Assembly (NCBI GenBank): GCA_013265495.1
Contig: MU058384.1
Coordinates: forward strand, 5,390,792 to 5,454,791
Source: Vicugna vicugna
Taxonomy: Eukaryota
Length of the DNA stretch: 64,000 nt
Direction of reading: 5' to 3'
Positions 1 to 13,885 of the stretch are shown piece by piece (position 1 is the first letter of the stretch; every line of letters begins with the position of its first letter). Below the pieces are notes generated by a model. The model did not search any database. It saw only the letters and a program-made list of their open reading frames with translations, and had not been told where the DNA came from. A program made the position numbers and the translations under genes.

Positions 1-1698
1 CAAGGTACTTAGTTCCCTGAGCTCAATTAGTTTCTGATTCAGTTAACTACTAGATGTCTACTCCTGAGAACTGACTATGAGTTGGTCAGGAGCCAAAGTA
101 CACATTCAGATACCAGCTGAGAATCCAATTTTCAGGACCACCTAAAGAGGGAAAGGTAGTTTAAAAGCTGAAGCTCTAAAGGCATTATTTATCCTAAAGC
201 TGTACATAAATGCCTCCACTGGTTAAATACATCATAACACAGTGGAAGTGGTATCTGTCATTAGAAACGATGATGGAGGAAAACACTGAAGGACATGGGG
301 CGATGGGATGTATAACACAAGGGAGAGCATGGTCGCATTTAAACTAAAGGAAATACACTGACATCTATTCATATAGGTATCAAACCAGAGGATGTACACT
401 AAAATGTTAACAGTACTTCTAAGCAAAGTGAGTATGAATACCTTTTGTAAAAAATTTCTTCTCTTGGCTTATTTTTCTGTCAAAAAAATTTTTTTAAGAT
501 AAACAAGCATTGGAAGAATTGTTTCTGTGACTATTACATAACTCTTATTTGCCATCTTATCAAATCAAAGCAGTTGTTTTCCTTTAACTAAAACTTTTTC
601 AACAATGTGATACTTTAAAAAAAAAAAAACGTGGGGAGGGATAATATATATTTCCAAAGCCAGAGAAGTAGCACACAAGACTCTCATTACCAAAAGAACT
701 GGAAAAATAGGCCAGGTAAATCTTCCCTCCATCAAAGTGTTGATAATTGTGATCTACCTGGCGATTAAGCTGACAAGCTCTAGTCACAGAGGAATAGGTG
801 TAATTATAAGAATTTTTGGCAATTGTAAAGTAGCTTCCTTCATAGCACTGACAAGTTTTGTGTAGAAATATTTTACTTTGCTTAGAAATCTCCCCCTGGG
901 AGAGAGGAGGAGCTGAGTACGGCATGTGTTTAGATCAGGGCTAAGCAACATGGAAACACATTTTGCAGCAACTTGAAATCACACATATCTTAAGCTGGTC
1001 ACGCTTACTTTAAGTAGCTTTCCTGGGACCAGCAAAACGCAGTTGGCTGTATTGCTTCATGACCTGCAGTCCTTACAGCTCTGTAAGAGGAACCAAACCT
1101 TTAATTGTTACCTCTGGCTCCTGATCATTACAGATTGTGAAGGGTTATATCGTGGAGCTTCTGGTGTGGTATAAAGAGTCAGATTAGCCCCAAATGGTGA
1201 CATTTAATTGGAAATAGCAGGAAAGCAGCTAGAAAATGATTTTGGGCTTTTGTAGGTAGCTCTAGCCTCAGAGAACACGTGTCATTAGTGGCTTCGGAAA
1301 AATCCATGTCTCTTTCAAAGAATCATCACATGGACACAGCACAGGCCTGGCACCAAAAGGACCCCAATAAATACTTGTTAAGTGAGTGAATTTGTGGTAC
1401 GGATATCCGGATAGAGGACCAAAACCCAGACTCACTCTTTGTCTCCTCTAGCCCATTTGCTTCATGCAAATGAAGTAAAACTAAACCATCTCTCCAGGTA
1501 GTTCCTGTATAGTTCTGCTGATGCTAGGACTCAAGTTTCTCTTGATCTCTAGAAAAATGCCTAAGAATTTTGTCTCCAGACATCATTTCTGTAATCCTAG
1601 TAACAAAAGAAAAACCAACACACAACAGTCAATGCCACATACATGCGCACAAACTTTTGCAGTAAAACAACTAAAGAGCATAATTCTTGTAAAAAGGT

Positions 1699-1718
1699 AC
1701 ACACACACACACACACAC
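1699..1718. repeat. (CA)n microsatellite
   Basis: Direct inspection. Confidence 0.95.
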
Positions 1719-1929
1719 AGACGGTGTTAACTGGCACCTGGGCATAAACAGCAAACCTTTAGAGTCTATAATAACCTGTCATTTCTTTGGAATTTTTTAA
1801 AATAATGTCCGAACTTACTAAAATAATTCTCTTTGTTCTCCTCCTCTGCTTCCTCACTACTTTTAAGCAACTAATAAATAGAACGTATACCTAGAGAAGG
1901 TGGTAAAGGAGGGCAAGTAGAAGGAACCT

Positions 1930-2160
1930 GACTATTATTAAACATCTATTGTGTGCCAGGCATTACCTTCGGCATTTTACATATAATATTTTAATCCTCA
2001 CAAAGCCACCAAGAAGATATTATTAACACTGTTTTACGCATCAGGAAGCATATTCAGAGAGAATAAAAGACTCATATACCAATTCAAGCAACTAATAAGT
2101 GACTGAGCTGGACCGCAACCCAAATCTTTCTCTTAAAAGCTCGAACTTTTCACTGCATCA
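1930..2160 (-). mobile_element. MIR
   Basis: CTATTGTGTGCCAGGC...TTTAATCCTCAC...GACTGAGCTGG. Confidence 0.65.
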
Positions 2161-5100
2161 CTGCCAATAGTATAGAAATATTCCTGCTCGCTAACAGAAG
2201 ATTACCGATGACTTGGAAGGCCAAAGGTAATGGTCATTTAACCCATGGTGTCTTCCCTAGTCTCCTCCTAGTTGACTGTGGTGTCTAATTTTGAGCAAGT
2301 GGCCCCCAGAGCTTGAGCAAGAAAAGGACTGCGGTGCTGAGACTGCACTGGCTGACTCACTCCTCGTCTGGGGCAGTGTTCTTACTTAGTTCCCTTCCTC
2401 TTCTTGGTTTCAGGTCCCAGCATGTGTCTGTGTCCTTTGAACAAGGAACAGGTGGCTTTCTATGCTTCCGCAAGATGACTGCCCACAATGTTTATGGTGA
2501 TTCATCTCACGATGTACAGTACATTTTTTATTGCATCAAAGATCAGCGGGAACTTGAGTTTTGTATATAGAGGTCAAAGATCTCTCTGACAAGAGCTGGG
2601 CACGTTCTTGGCATTTCTTTTAGCCTGAGTGCTTTATTTTTATTTGTGCTCCTAACAGATGCCGTGGATTTAAATAACTTGTTTATTTTTCAGTTCAACT
2701 TCACAATGGTTAACATTGTTCCTATGGTACAAAATTAATTTTGATGAGGTGAGGATGTCAGAAGAACACTGGTCTATTTTATGACTCCCTTTTTCCAAGT
2801 GTTTTATGAAGTTTGATTCACCTGTTTACTCTAGGGGCTAAGAAGGTGACATTTGCTGATACATTCTTTTGATATCTGTAAAATGTATCTAGTCTTTCTG
2901 ACTTTTATGCTCTTGGTTTTCAGGGCTCACAGAATCAGAAAATGGGAATGGAATGCCTCTAGTGGCTTCATCACCATTGCCATCTTGGTCCAGTTTAGCC
3001 AAACCAACTACCTACTTTAGGGCCCATCCTTCAGGGACATGGAGCATATAATTGTCTTTTTTCTATCAAATCCATGTTTATATATGGATATTACAAAATT
3101 TATACTATATCAGTATATGCTATTCTATAACTCACATTATTCTCTTAAACATATTTCATAACTGTGTTCACCAAGTCAATAAATATTTCCCTGAAACATC
3201 ATTTTTTCTAGAATGTGCTTGATTTCTTTTCAAAATGTGACATAATTTATCCAACTAACTCCAATCCTTAATTTTTTTGTTTGTTTCTAGTTTTTCTTTA
3301 CTGTAAAAATGTTTAAAAAACATTTTTGTGTGTGGATTTTGGAACATAGTCATTATCGCATTGTAAATTTCTATAAATATGGAATTACTGAGGAAAGGTA
3401 CAAACTTTTAAAAGATTTTGATGCTTTTGGAAAAAGCATGATGATGCCAGTCTTTACATTCCCCACTGGTTTTACTTCCTCTCTTTCTCCCTTGTTTCGC
3501 CATTTCTGTGTTGACCTTGCAACTCAGCATGTGATTTGGGTTCCTTTAGAAACTGGGGGCACGTTGCATTCATTTTTTCCACTCTGCTTACTCTACTGAA
3601 CACTTACTTCTGTAATTTCCTCAAAATAAGCATTTGGGGAGTCATAATGACTAGGTGTCTTTCATGTGGCATACGAAATATCTGTCTCAAAAATTAGACA
3701 ATCCTACATGTGTCAAATTAGTTATTTACAGCTCTTTGCAAAGCCAGAAAGATTCCGTATTGGATCATTGATAAAATTTCTCCTCCAAGTAATTTTTTTC
3801 ATTCTTCAGATATTGTACTTTTCTACAGATAAAACTGATTAAACAAGACATATAGAATTATATTTTGATATGTATTCAAGATTCATTAATAATAGTCTTA
3901 AACTTGTTTTTTTCACCCATCTATCAGCTGGGATACATGTGCATTTAAATACAACACCAATTCATTTCTTTTTCCTGGAATTTCTGTCTCTTCTTTATTC
4001 CTTAGGCAGGTTAAAGGAATTCAGGTAATATTTGTATTGGAAATACACTTCGATGAGGGTGCCAGCCACCAGGTTAACCATAAACATATAGGTCTTTGGC
4101 ATTGGACAAAGAAAATAAGTCCTCTCATTTGGTGCATACACTGTGTCCTGAACAGCTATTATGATTAATTAACTTTTCCATGTTGATGTAGGGAGTTTTA
4201 CTCGCTCTTAGAAAACTAGCTCTGACTAGTTTGTTGTCTGATCACATACAGAGAACAAGTCAAGTGAAAATGGAAAAAGCCAAGCAACAAATCCTTTAAG
4301 AGGCAATGATGATTTTTTTTTAAAAAGGCATCTCATTCTAGTTAATAAATTGTTACTTCTCTTCCTGAAAGGAATGCTATTTTACAGGGGAACTGTAAAT
4401 ATACATTTTAATACAGTTTGCGCCTGTCTGTTCTTATGTTGCAGTCTTGGCTGCAAATAAGCTCTTTACGGAGGGTCTGGCTTGGTCACTGTTCTCTTCT
4501 AACCATGCCATTGTGTTAGAGCAAAACCTAATTAAACAGAGTGTTTTTTTTTCCACTCAGTTAAAAACATTGATACCTATTCAATGATGCTTGATGCTAG
4601 CAGACTAAGTTGGAGTATCATAATGATAAACAATTCAATTTTTCCAGCACGTGCTATGTGCTCACGCTTTACATCTGTTATTTAATTCTCATGACAGTCC
4701 TGCAAACTCTTTGACAGATGGTAGAACAGGCTTGAAGTACCTAAATTTCTCACTCAAAGTCCCATAACTGGTCCGTGGCAGTTAGAATATTCAAATTCAG
4801 CTTCTTTTAACTCCAGAGCTATGTCCTTCCCACCGTCGGACACTAGTGAATTGTTTCATGCATCTGTTTATGCAATTGGTCCATGAGACACAACAGCAGA
4901 AACCTGGGCAAAAGAAGGGAACGCGGGGTTCACAGAGCACAGGCACCTCACACTGTCTTCTAGAAACACAAGCTCGCCAAGAAATGGCAGCCTTTGAGAG
5001 CATAACTGATCCTCCTCTGCTCAAACCAACTTTGAAGGCGGAGCAGAGCCTGAGCTCAGGGAAGTTTTGCTTTTCATTCCACACAGGTGCTTTTTGTCAG

Positions 5101-5619
5101 TGTTCCTGAGATATAACATACAGAAAACTGAGAAACGACAGGGAAATTGGAAATAGCACAAACACTGATCCCTCACATCCCTGTGCCTCCCAGGCACACG
5201 TGGAAAACACGTCTGTCTTGTGTGGCACAGTTCCTGCCAGTAGGGACAATGATTAAGAACAGTCTTTTTAAAAATTCAGACACTCTAAAATTTACCTGTG
5301 GTTTCCTAGGAATGTTGGAAATGGCGATGTGGCCTCAGAAGTTGAACAATGGCAGAAACATATGGGCATTCAGAAAAACATTTTTTTAAGTCACTGACTT
5401 TCTTTAAAATTCAGGATGAGTTGCTCATTTTTATGTATTTTAAAATAGTTGGCTGAAGCAGTCCAAAGGCTATTTTTAAGTCAAATATTTAATAACAGTC
5501 TTTTTTTTTTCTTTTTGGAACTGCTGATTTTCAGTTGCCTGTCCCCAGCAAGAGATTATTTTAGATACAGTATCTCCCGAAGAAGTCCAGATGGGCCAGA
5601 CTATTTCAAGTTTCCCTAA

Positions 5620-5840
5620 AATAATAGTGCTCACTCTGTGCTGGGCACAGGGCTAAGTACTTCTGTTTGCACACAACACCCCTTGGAAGTAGGTAACAGT
5701 ATTGCACCCAATTGACAAGTGAGGAAACTGAGACCCAAAGGACATTAAATAACTTGCCCGCTAGCATGGTGGACAAAGGGTAGAGTCAGGATTCAGACCC
5801 TGGTGGCTTACTGCCGGCTTCTGGGTACATAATCATCAGA
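5620..5840 (-). mobile_element. MIR
   Basis: GAGGAAACTGAGACCCAAAG...AACTTGCCC...AGAGTCAGGATTCAGACCC. Confidence 0.75.
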
Positions 5841-7149
5841 TGCTACAGCTCAGAGACAGCCAGGCTGCTCGCTGGGAAGTTAATTTTTCAATGGTGACTG
5901 CTCTGTGTTCAAGGTTGGAGAAGGGCCTCCAACCGAAGCTTTATAAGATGACCTTGAGTAATATGTTGGTTGCATAATAAACCAAAGAAAGGAAAGGAAG
6001 GAAACAGCTTAGGGTTCCTGAGGATGCGTGAAACTCCTGAAGACCTACGGAGACTGAGAGCCCCTCCGAGGGCATCCTTCCCTGCCCAGAGCCAAGGAGA
6101 AGATGAAGACAATTTCTGGATGGAAAGTTTCCTTAGGCTTCATGGAAGGCTCCTGCTGTCGGAAGGGACCACTGCTGCTCACTGCTCTGTCTGGATTTTA
6201 AATAATTCTTGACTTTGGCTCCTTGCACGTGCAGAGCAAAGCAGCCAGCGCTCCATACCCCCGCTTAGATCTTTCCCACACGCTGTGCTGCCCCACATGG
6301 TCACACCCATGTGGAGCCCCAGAGCTGTTCCCTGGAAAAACACGAGGATTTCACAATCCCTTAGCCTTTCTTGTTCCATCCCCTGGGTGGGGCTATTTGC
6401 CTCTCCAAGCAAAATGGCTTCTCTGTTTGGGAGGTGCATCTAAAACTGGCAAAGCTTCTTTATTTATAGGCTGATCATAAGGCCATAATTGGATTAGGTC
6501 TATCCATCAGTCACCCTGAGCTATTTATGGCATGGGCTTTCTCCAAGCCTGTCCCTTTCCATCGTCCAGATCAGAGAGGAAGTAAGAGAGGAGAGAGATT
6601 ACATTGTGGGGTATTGCTTAGAGGTGATTCACTGTGGGTATATTTTAGCACCGGGTTACATACATGGAGTGTTTGCACAAAGGAAAAGAAAAGAGTAGCA
6701 TTTTGTGCTGGGAATCAGATACAATTCATCCTTCATACCTTGCTATTGCTTCCGAGTATGTTCAGACTAATTGAAAAATTCTCTGGATTATGTATTAGAG
6801 GTTTTTTTTTTAAAATTCTGTTTTAATTGGGGGTTTGTTTCAGTTTCTAGTTATTTTATTGTATTGTTTATTTCGTATAGGTTTGTTTTTACTTAGAGGA
6901 ACCACCTTGGACCAAAAAAATACTTTAGAATGAGTGTTGTGTGTTGGGATAAGATAAAATGAGAAAGGGTGACCTAGATCCTAGTCCTGTCTGTCAAACA
7001 GTGTGATTCTGGATGAGTCACATAACTTTTCCATGTGTGAAAGGTGTGGAGCTATATCCGTGATGCTCAGGCATGCCTGCCCATCACAATTACCCAAAGG
7101 GTATTTTAAAAATGAGCTGCCTTCTAAAGGATCAAGATGCTAAAAAGCC

Positions 7150-7310
7150 TCAAATGTTTTTGGGGGGTGATACAATTGTTCTATATCTTCATTATGATGG
7201 TGGTTGCATTACTGTATACATTTGTCAAAATCTGAGAACTGTACGCTAAAAAGGGTGAATTTGACTGTATGTAAATGCAACTTCAGTTTTAAAATTTAAA
7301 AATAATTTTT
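7150..7310 (+). mobile_element. Old L1M 3' end
   Basis: GGGGTGATACAATTGTTCTATATCTT...TACATTTGTCAAAATCTGAGAACTGTACGCTAAAAGGGTGAAT. Confidence 0.75.
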
Positions 7311-8369
7311 AAATATCCCAAACATTGATATATTGAAAAATAAAATGCCCCTCCCAAACCAACTGTCTACTCAAGGGTATCTATTTTTTAACCATCACTG
7401 TCTTGAGAATCGGATGGAAATCAACTCAAACATTCTAAGTTGCCATGGTCCCAGGTTCAGGCGTTTGTCAGCTGTGGCTGTGAAGTCAAGAGTCACGTGG
7501 GTGGCAGAGAGCAGCATGGTGCCTGCAGCCACAGCGTGTCTGGACAGGCCACCTCAGTCACCTGGGGAGTGGAGGAAAAATATGTGGCTAAGCTCTGAGT
7601 TTAATACTCAGTTAGGGCATCCGTCATGATCAGCGAGCAGAAAAGGTGGGAGCAACCTAGTACTGACTGCATCTTAGAACTGCATCTTGGAAATGGAGGA
7701 TGTTGAACTTAGAAATGGGTATTAATAAAGCTATCATATTGTTTTCCTAGCATTAAAAAGGAAAGAAACAATGCTTTGGAAGTCTGATACCAGTCACATG
7801 GTGATAGCGTGTAAGTGTCCAGCAGAAACAGGCTCACTGATTTGAAGTGTGAGGATTTAAAAAAAAAGAGGATGCATCCTCAGGCCTGACAGGCATTTTG
7901 GGCTCAGCATCAGCCTCTGAGAGGACTGCAGCCTAACACTGAAAGGGATACATGAGACCCTCAGAGTTAAAGGTGTTTACAATACACTGGACTCCTCATA
8001 GGAAAATGGGATGTTGAAAATATGTAGGTTTGTTTAAAATTCCTGGAAGAATGCAGTAGGTAGGTTCAGGGGTGTGTCTCACTCAAAGCACACTTCCTTA
8101 GGATCATCCCTCACCAACAGCCCCTTCTGGAGCTGGGGCATTAGGTGACCACACTTCTACAGTGTAGCCACCATCCCTGGCTGCAGCTGATGGAACAGTG
8201 GCAGGCACCCACCTCAGCATGATCGGAAATACTGCATACAGCAAGACCGAGCTGGTTCTCTAGGGAAACCAGAATGCAAGGTCATGAGGCTGGGCTTTGC
8301 AGTTCTGCATGGGAAACCAAAGCCACAGGCAAACCAGAATTAGAGGGAAGCAGTAACTACAAGTAGTAA

Positions 8370-8560
8370 TAGCAACAACGGTAGAGCGGCTGATGCTTAT
8401 GAAATGCTTACGAGTGCCAAGCACCAGACAGATCCTGTCAAGTGGATAACATCACTATGTTGGTTAAAAAATGAGGGAACCAAGATTTGGATGTAGTGAC
8501 TTTCCTAAGGTCACACAGCTGGTAAGTGGCAGAGCTGGGAGACAACCCAGGTATGGCCAT
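8370..8560 (-). mobile_element. MIR
   Basis: GTGACTTTCCTAAGGTCACACAGCTGGTAAGTGGCAGAGCTGGGA. Confidence 0.75.
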
Positions 8561-9005
8561 CCGTGAGTTTGCAGCATTTCTGTCAACATTGATCTGCCTC
8601 TTAGGAAGCCCAGGAGGCAGCTGCAGTGAGGAAGATGGAAGGGGTGTGAGGGAGAAGCAGAAACCATGAGCTGCAGTGGGACAAGGAGACAGGGTAGAGC
8701 AGGGGCCCCATCCCTAAGAACGTGCGGGGTCCCAGCTCCCGTCTGCACGTGACCTTGGTGCTTAGTGAAAGTTGTATGTCCCGTATAATCCTCCCTCACC
8801 TCCTCCCTGCTTTTATGAAGAACCAGTTTCACTGGATCTCCATTCCTTGCCATCAAAGAATGTAAACCCGAATGAAGAAGTATCCAAAGGAGAGGTGACG
8901 TTGAGGGGACATTTCTTATATAAAAGTCAGGGCAGAAAGAATGATCTCAGCTCTCTCGGGAGGAGATACTATTTTTTCAACCTTCTTAGGTTTAGAAAGA
9001 TGAAC

Positions 9006-9460
9006 NNNNNNNNNNNNNNNNNNNNNNNNNNNNNNNNNNNNNNNNNNNNNNNNNNNNNNNNNNNNNNNNNNNNNNNNNNNNNNNNNNNNNNNNNNNNNNN
9101 NNNNNNNNNNNNNNNNNNNNNNNNNNNNNNNNNNNNNNNNNNNNNNNNNNNNNNNNNNNNNNNNNNNNNNNNNNNNNNNNNNNNNNNNNNNNNNNNNNNN
9201 NNNNNNNNNNNNNNNNNNNNNNNNNNNNNNNNNNNNNNNNNNNNNNNNNNNNNNNNNNNNNNNNNNNNNNNNNNNNNNNNNNNNNNNNNNNNNNNNNNNN
9301 NNNNNNNNNNNNNNNNNNNNNNNNNNNNNNNNNNNNNNNNNNNNNNNNNNNNNNNNNNNNNNNNNNNNNNNNNNNNNNNNNNNNNNNNNNNNNNNNNNNN
9401 NNNNNNNNNNNNNNNNNNNNNNNNNNNNNNNNNNNNNNNNNNNNNNNNNNNNNNNNNNNN
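9006..9460. other. Assembly gap (455 N)
   Basis: Run of N. Confidence 1.
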
Positions 9461-10869
9461 CTTGTTTTTAGAAAGATGAACCTGAGGCTCATTAAGGAAA
9501 CATCTTATCAAGAGAAACTCGACGAGAGGAGACCAAGGTGCTGAGTAACCTTGGAACCACTCAGCACTACACTTAGCTAAATTACAGCTGCTGAATTCAG
9601 TTTCCTGAGATGTTCTGTCTGAAGACCTTTGCCCCAATTTCTTTAGTGGAATTACTTATCCATTTTTCAAAGGTTTTACCCACCCTAGATCCCTCACCCC
9701 ACTCGTCACCTTTTCCTGATAAAAGGCATCATTATAAGGGCCACCACTCCCCTGAAGAAGAACAAATCGGCATTCTAGACAATGCGCTGCAGTCCTCAGA
9801 ATACCTTTGTGAGGAAGCTGCCTCACAGTGGAAGCAAAATGAGCTGGAAGCGTTCTCAGTCCCTCAGGTTTGCCAGGGAAGATCAGACTGAGAGATTGTC
9901 CAGGAGCTGGGGAGCAGGTGCACTAGGAGAGAGTATTTCTCTCAAAAGGCTCTGATGGAGGTCTGCAGAGCAGATACAGAAGTGCCCAGGAGGAGAGGAT
10001 GCTCAGACTAAATGACAAGCCCACCGCTGTGCAAATGTCAGAGCTGTGGACTCATGGGGGCCAGTCGCTAGTTTTTGGTGCCTGGAGAGATGGCTCTGTT
10101 TTTTCAGTTTCACAGAAACACACCAGCAAGGGAAAAATCCACTCGGGCTCACCTGTTTGTTTATTCTGTTCTCTTATGATATCCCCAGAGGGTTTTCTTA
10201 ATATTGTATGACTTAAGTCTTTGATCCCCTGAAGAAAAGTTCAGGAACCGACAACCATTTCCTCTAATCTTACCTTCGTGCTCTTTCTGAATTGAGCCAC
10301 CATGGACTTCCTGTTGAGGCTGAAAAATATTTAAGGCAGCAAGCAGCTCCAGCCAGTTTGACATGACATCAGAGTTGTTGCTAGGCAGGGCATTTGAATC
10401 TCATGAGCACCAGCTTGGGTTGCCAGGTTGGCACAAAGTCACAGGTTACCTCACCTGTCTTCCTCGTTAATCTTGTTATGTTAATGGGCGCGATTTCCCT
10501 GCTGTGGAGACTCGATGTTCTTGGCACCTGGACAGCACCCTAAGGCTTGACTCAGGGGTGGACAAGAGCCTGTCGAGAACTGGGTCATTGCCAGCAGAGG
10601 CTGCAGGGGCTCCCTGACCCAGGAGTGGTCCCAGACTCACCGGGATGGGCACACTAGTGGATTGTGAAAGACTGGCTCCAGGAATGCAGCCTTGGACGAA
10701 AGGAAAGGACTTGGATCCTCAGAACACATTTCACATTCTTTATAGCATCACAGCCTTCTTTTCCATTCCCAAGGGAAGCAGACATTTGCAAGTGGGCACT
10801 TAAGGTGGCCCAGTCATCATATGGTATTTCTCTGATCCAATCATCCTCTCACTCTCTAAGATGAGTAGT

Positions 10870-12700
10870 TCATACTCTCTGCAGCCTCAGACCTCTCCAT
10901 CCTCACTCTGAGCTAACGGTCATGCCTCTATTTCAATGAAAAAAGGAAGACAATACAATCAGAGGAGATTGCTCCCATCACCCCCGCATCTTCTCACCTT
11001 GCTATCTAGAAGTCGGCATACCATTCTTTGTTCTCTCCTGTAACCATGGATGATGGGCTGCTGTGAACCTTGGCTAAAACCGCTCCCTCCTCTCAAGCAG
11101 TCTAACCTGTCCCCTCTTGCCCATCCGGGTTTCTTTGCTCTAGCATTCTGCCTTCTCTCTGCATCCTTAATTTTTCCTTTTCGACTAATCAATCATTCCC
11201 ATTAGCTTGCAGGTACCGAATTTTTTCTCCCATCTTTAAAAATCTTATTTTGACCTTTACTTCTCCTTCAATAATAACCCCATTTCTCTCCTTTCCTTTA
11301 GCATGAAGCTCTTTGAAAGAGCTGACCGTACGCATCATCTGTCTCCAATTTCTCTTCTTCCATTCTCTCTTGGGTCCATTCTAATCAGGTGCAGCCCCTG
11401 CCACCCCACTGCGCCTGTTCTTGTCAAGTCACCAGTGACCCTGGCACTGCCAATTCCAATGGCCAGTTCTCAGTCCTCATCTCACGTGACCTATTAGAAG
11501 CATTTGCAGTCAATCACTTCCTCTTTCTTCCAGGACAACACGCATATCTAGTTTCTATTAATTGTATTAATGTTTATTTTTTATTTAAAATGTTTAATTT
11601 TTAATTTACATATTTTTTTCATACCTAGTTTTTAATTACCCTTCTGGCTGCTTCTCCTCAGTCTCCTTTGCTAATTCCCCAACCTCTAAGAGTTGGAGAC
11701 CCCAAAACTCAGACCATGTATCCTTTATCTTCACCCCTATGTTCTTCCTGCTCAACACTGGGAACCAGCAACTTGACTTGGTAGAGAGTTAGGAAGGTCC
11801 CACCGCGGATTTGCTGCATCAGAATCTGCGTTTTAACAAAATCCCCAGTGATCTATTTGCACATTGATATTTATAATCACCCTAAGTGATCCTATCTAAT
11901 TTCAGGGCTTTAAATGCTATTTATCTGCTGAGTTGATTACCAGACTTACATTTCTAGCAAGAATCTCCAATGAAATATAAACTCATTCATCCAGCCGCCA
12001 TCAACTCTTCTGGGTGGGTGTTTTACAGTCCTTCCCTACTTAACCATCCAAATCTGAGCTCCCAATACCCCCACTGACGCTGCTTCTCCAGCACTCAACA
12101 CTCTTTTCATTGAGAGCAACTCCGTTCTTCCATTGCTCAGGCCAAACCCTCGGCATCCTCCTTGTCTCTTTCCCATGTCTGGTCTGTCAACAACCCAGTC
12201 AGCTCTACATTCGCAATGTAGTTAGAATTTAATTGTTTTCATCACCCCCAGTATCTTGGACCAACTCTGCATCCATTGCTTCCCCTATTCTATTCCCTAA
12301 ACAACAGCCAGGATAAGTTTTGATAGATCAGACCACTCCTCTGTTCAAAGTCTTCCAGCTTTCCCGCTGTACTGAAGACATGTCCGCCAGACCCCACACG
12401 GCCTGCTTCCTTCCTCCACTGCGTCTCTGATTCTCCTGCTAGTTCTCTTCTCTTTTATTACTGTGCTCCTGACCTCACTGCCTTTCTCACTGTGCCACAA
12501 ACTCAGCAGGCGTGCTCCTGCCTCAGGGCCTTTTTGTACTTTCCGTCCTCTCTGCCTGAATGCTCTTCCTCCAGGTACCTGTGTGGCTCCACTCCCCCCC
12601 TACCCCGCTTCAGGTCTCTACTCTAAAGTCACCTTCTCGGGAGACCTTGCTACCTAAAACCTCAGCCTCACCCCACTCCCGCCACTTCATACCCATACTT
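10870..12700 (+). mobile_element. LINE-2 remnant, interrupted by a MER5-like piece at about 11760-11880
   Basis: Translation VTSDPGTANSNGQFSVLISRDLLEAFAVNH matches L2 reverse transcriptase; L2 3' region motifs (CCTGCCTCAGGGCCTTT) follow downstream. Confidence 0.8.
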
Positions 12701-12760
12701 TCCCTCATTTATTTATTCATTTATTTATTAACAAATCTAACATTTGCTCCTCTTTCTCTC

Positions 12761-13274
12761 TGTAATAGTCAGAGTTCTTCAGAGAAACAGAACCAACAGG
12801 ATACAGAGAGATATACAGAAAGGGACTTATTATGAGAGATTGGCTCACACTATTATAGAAATTTAAAAAGTCCTGCCATCTACCATCTGCAAGCTGGAGG
12901 CCCAGGAAAGCTGGTGGGGTAGGTCCAGTCCAAGCCCGAAGGAAGGCCTGAGAATCAGGGGAATCAATGGGGTAAGTCCCAGTCCAAGTCTAAAGGCACG
13001 AGAACCAGGAGCTCCAATGTCTGAGGGCAGGAGAAGATGGATGTTCCAACTCAAGCAAACAGAGAGCAAATTTGCCCTTCCTCTGCCTTTTTGTTCTATT
13101 TAGACCCTCAGCAGATTGGATCGATGCCTACATTGATGAGAGTGACCTTTACTCAGTCGACTAATTCAAACGCTAATCTCTGGAAACATTCTTACAGACA
13201 TACCCTGAAATAATGTGTTAACAGCTATCTGGGCATCCCTTAGCCCAGACAAGCTGACACATAAAATTAACCAC
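12761..13274 (-). mobile_element. MLT2 (ERVL) solo LTR
   Basis: Starts TGTAATAGTCAGAGTTCTTCAGAGAAACAGAACC and ends CAAGCTGACACATAAAATTAACC, i.e. the reverse complement of MLT2 termini. Confidence 0.85.
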
Positions 13275-13885
13275 CCCTCTCTCTCTCTCTATATATACAC
13301 ACATATGCATATACATGTATGCATGTATGTCTGTACACATTTGGTTTTGGGCTTTCTCATTTTCCACTGGTTTTATTTGTCCTTATCTGTGAAAACACTG
13401 CACTGCTTTAGTTACTCCAGCTTTACGATAATTCTCTGTTCTTCTTTGACATTGGAGTTCGCTTCCTTGTCTTTTTGCTGTTTCATAAGTATTTCAGAAT
13501 CAGTTTCTTGAAGACCATTAAAAACTTTGCCAGCATTTTGATTGAAATTACATTGAATTTATGTACTTGTTTAGGGCCACTCAACATCCTTATCACGTTG
13601 AAAGTTTTTATACATGAAATGGCCTTTCCCTCTATGCAGGTTTCCCTTTAACACTGTTTGATAAAGTTTTCTATTTTCTCATAATGGTCATGCCCATTTT
13701 TGTTACTTTTATTCCTATGGAACACATTTGTGTGGTAGTGATACAAATGACATGTGTCACTTTTTGTCACATTTTGTTGGCAAAGGAAGAAAAATGACCA
13801 TATTTAGGTTTAAAGAGGCAAGTTCAATTCTACCATGTGTTCAGAGGGGCAACAGAAAAACTTGGAAAAGTTGCAAAAACAACAA

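Noticed and set aside
8772..9637. Long ORFs spanning the N run
   Set aside because: Artefacts of the assembly gap.
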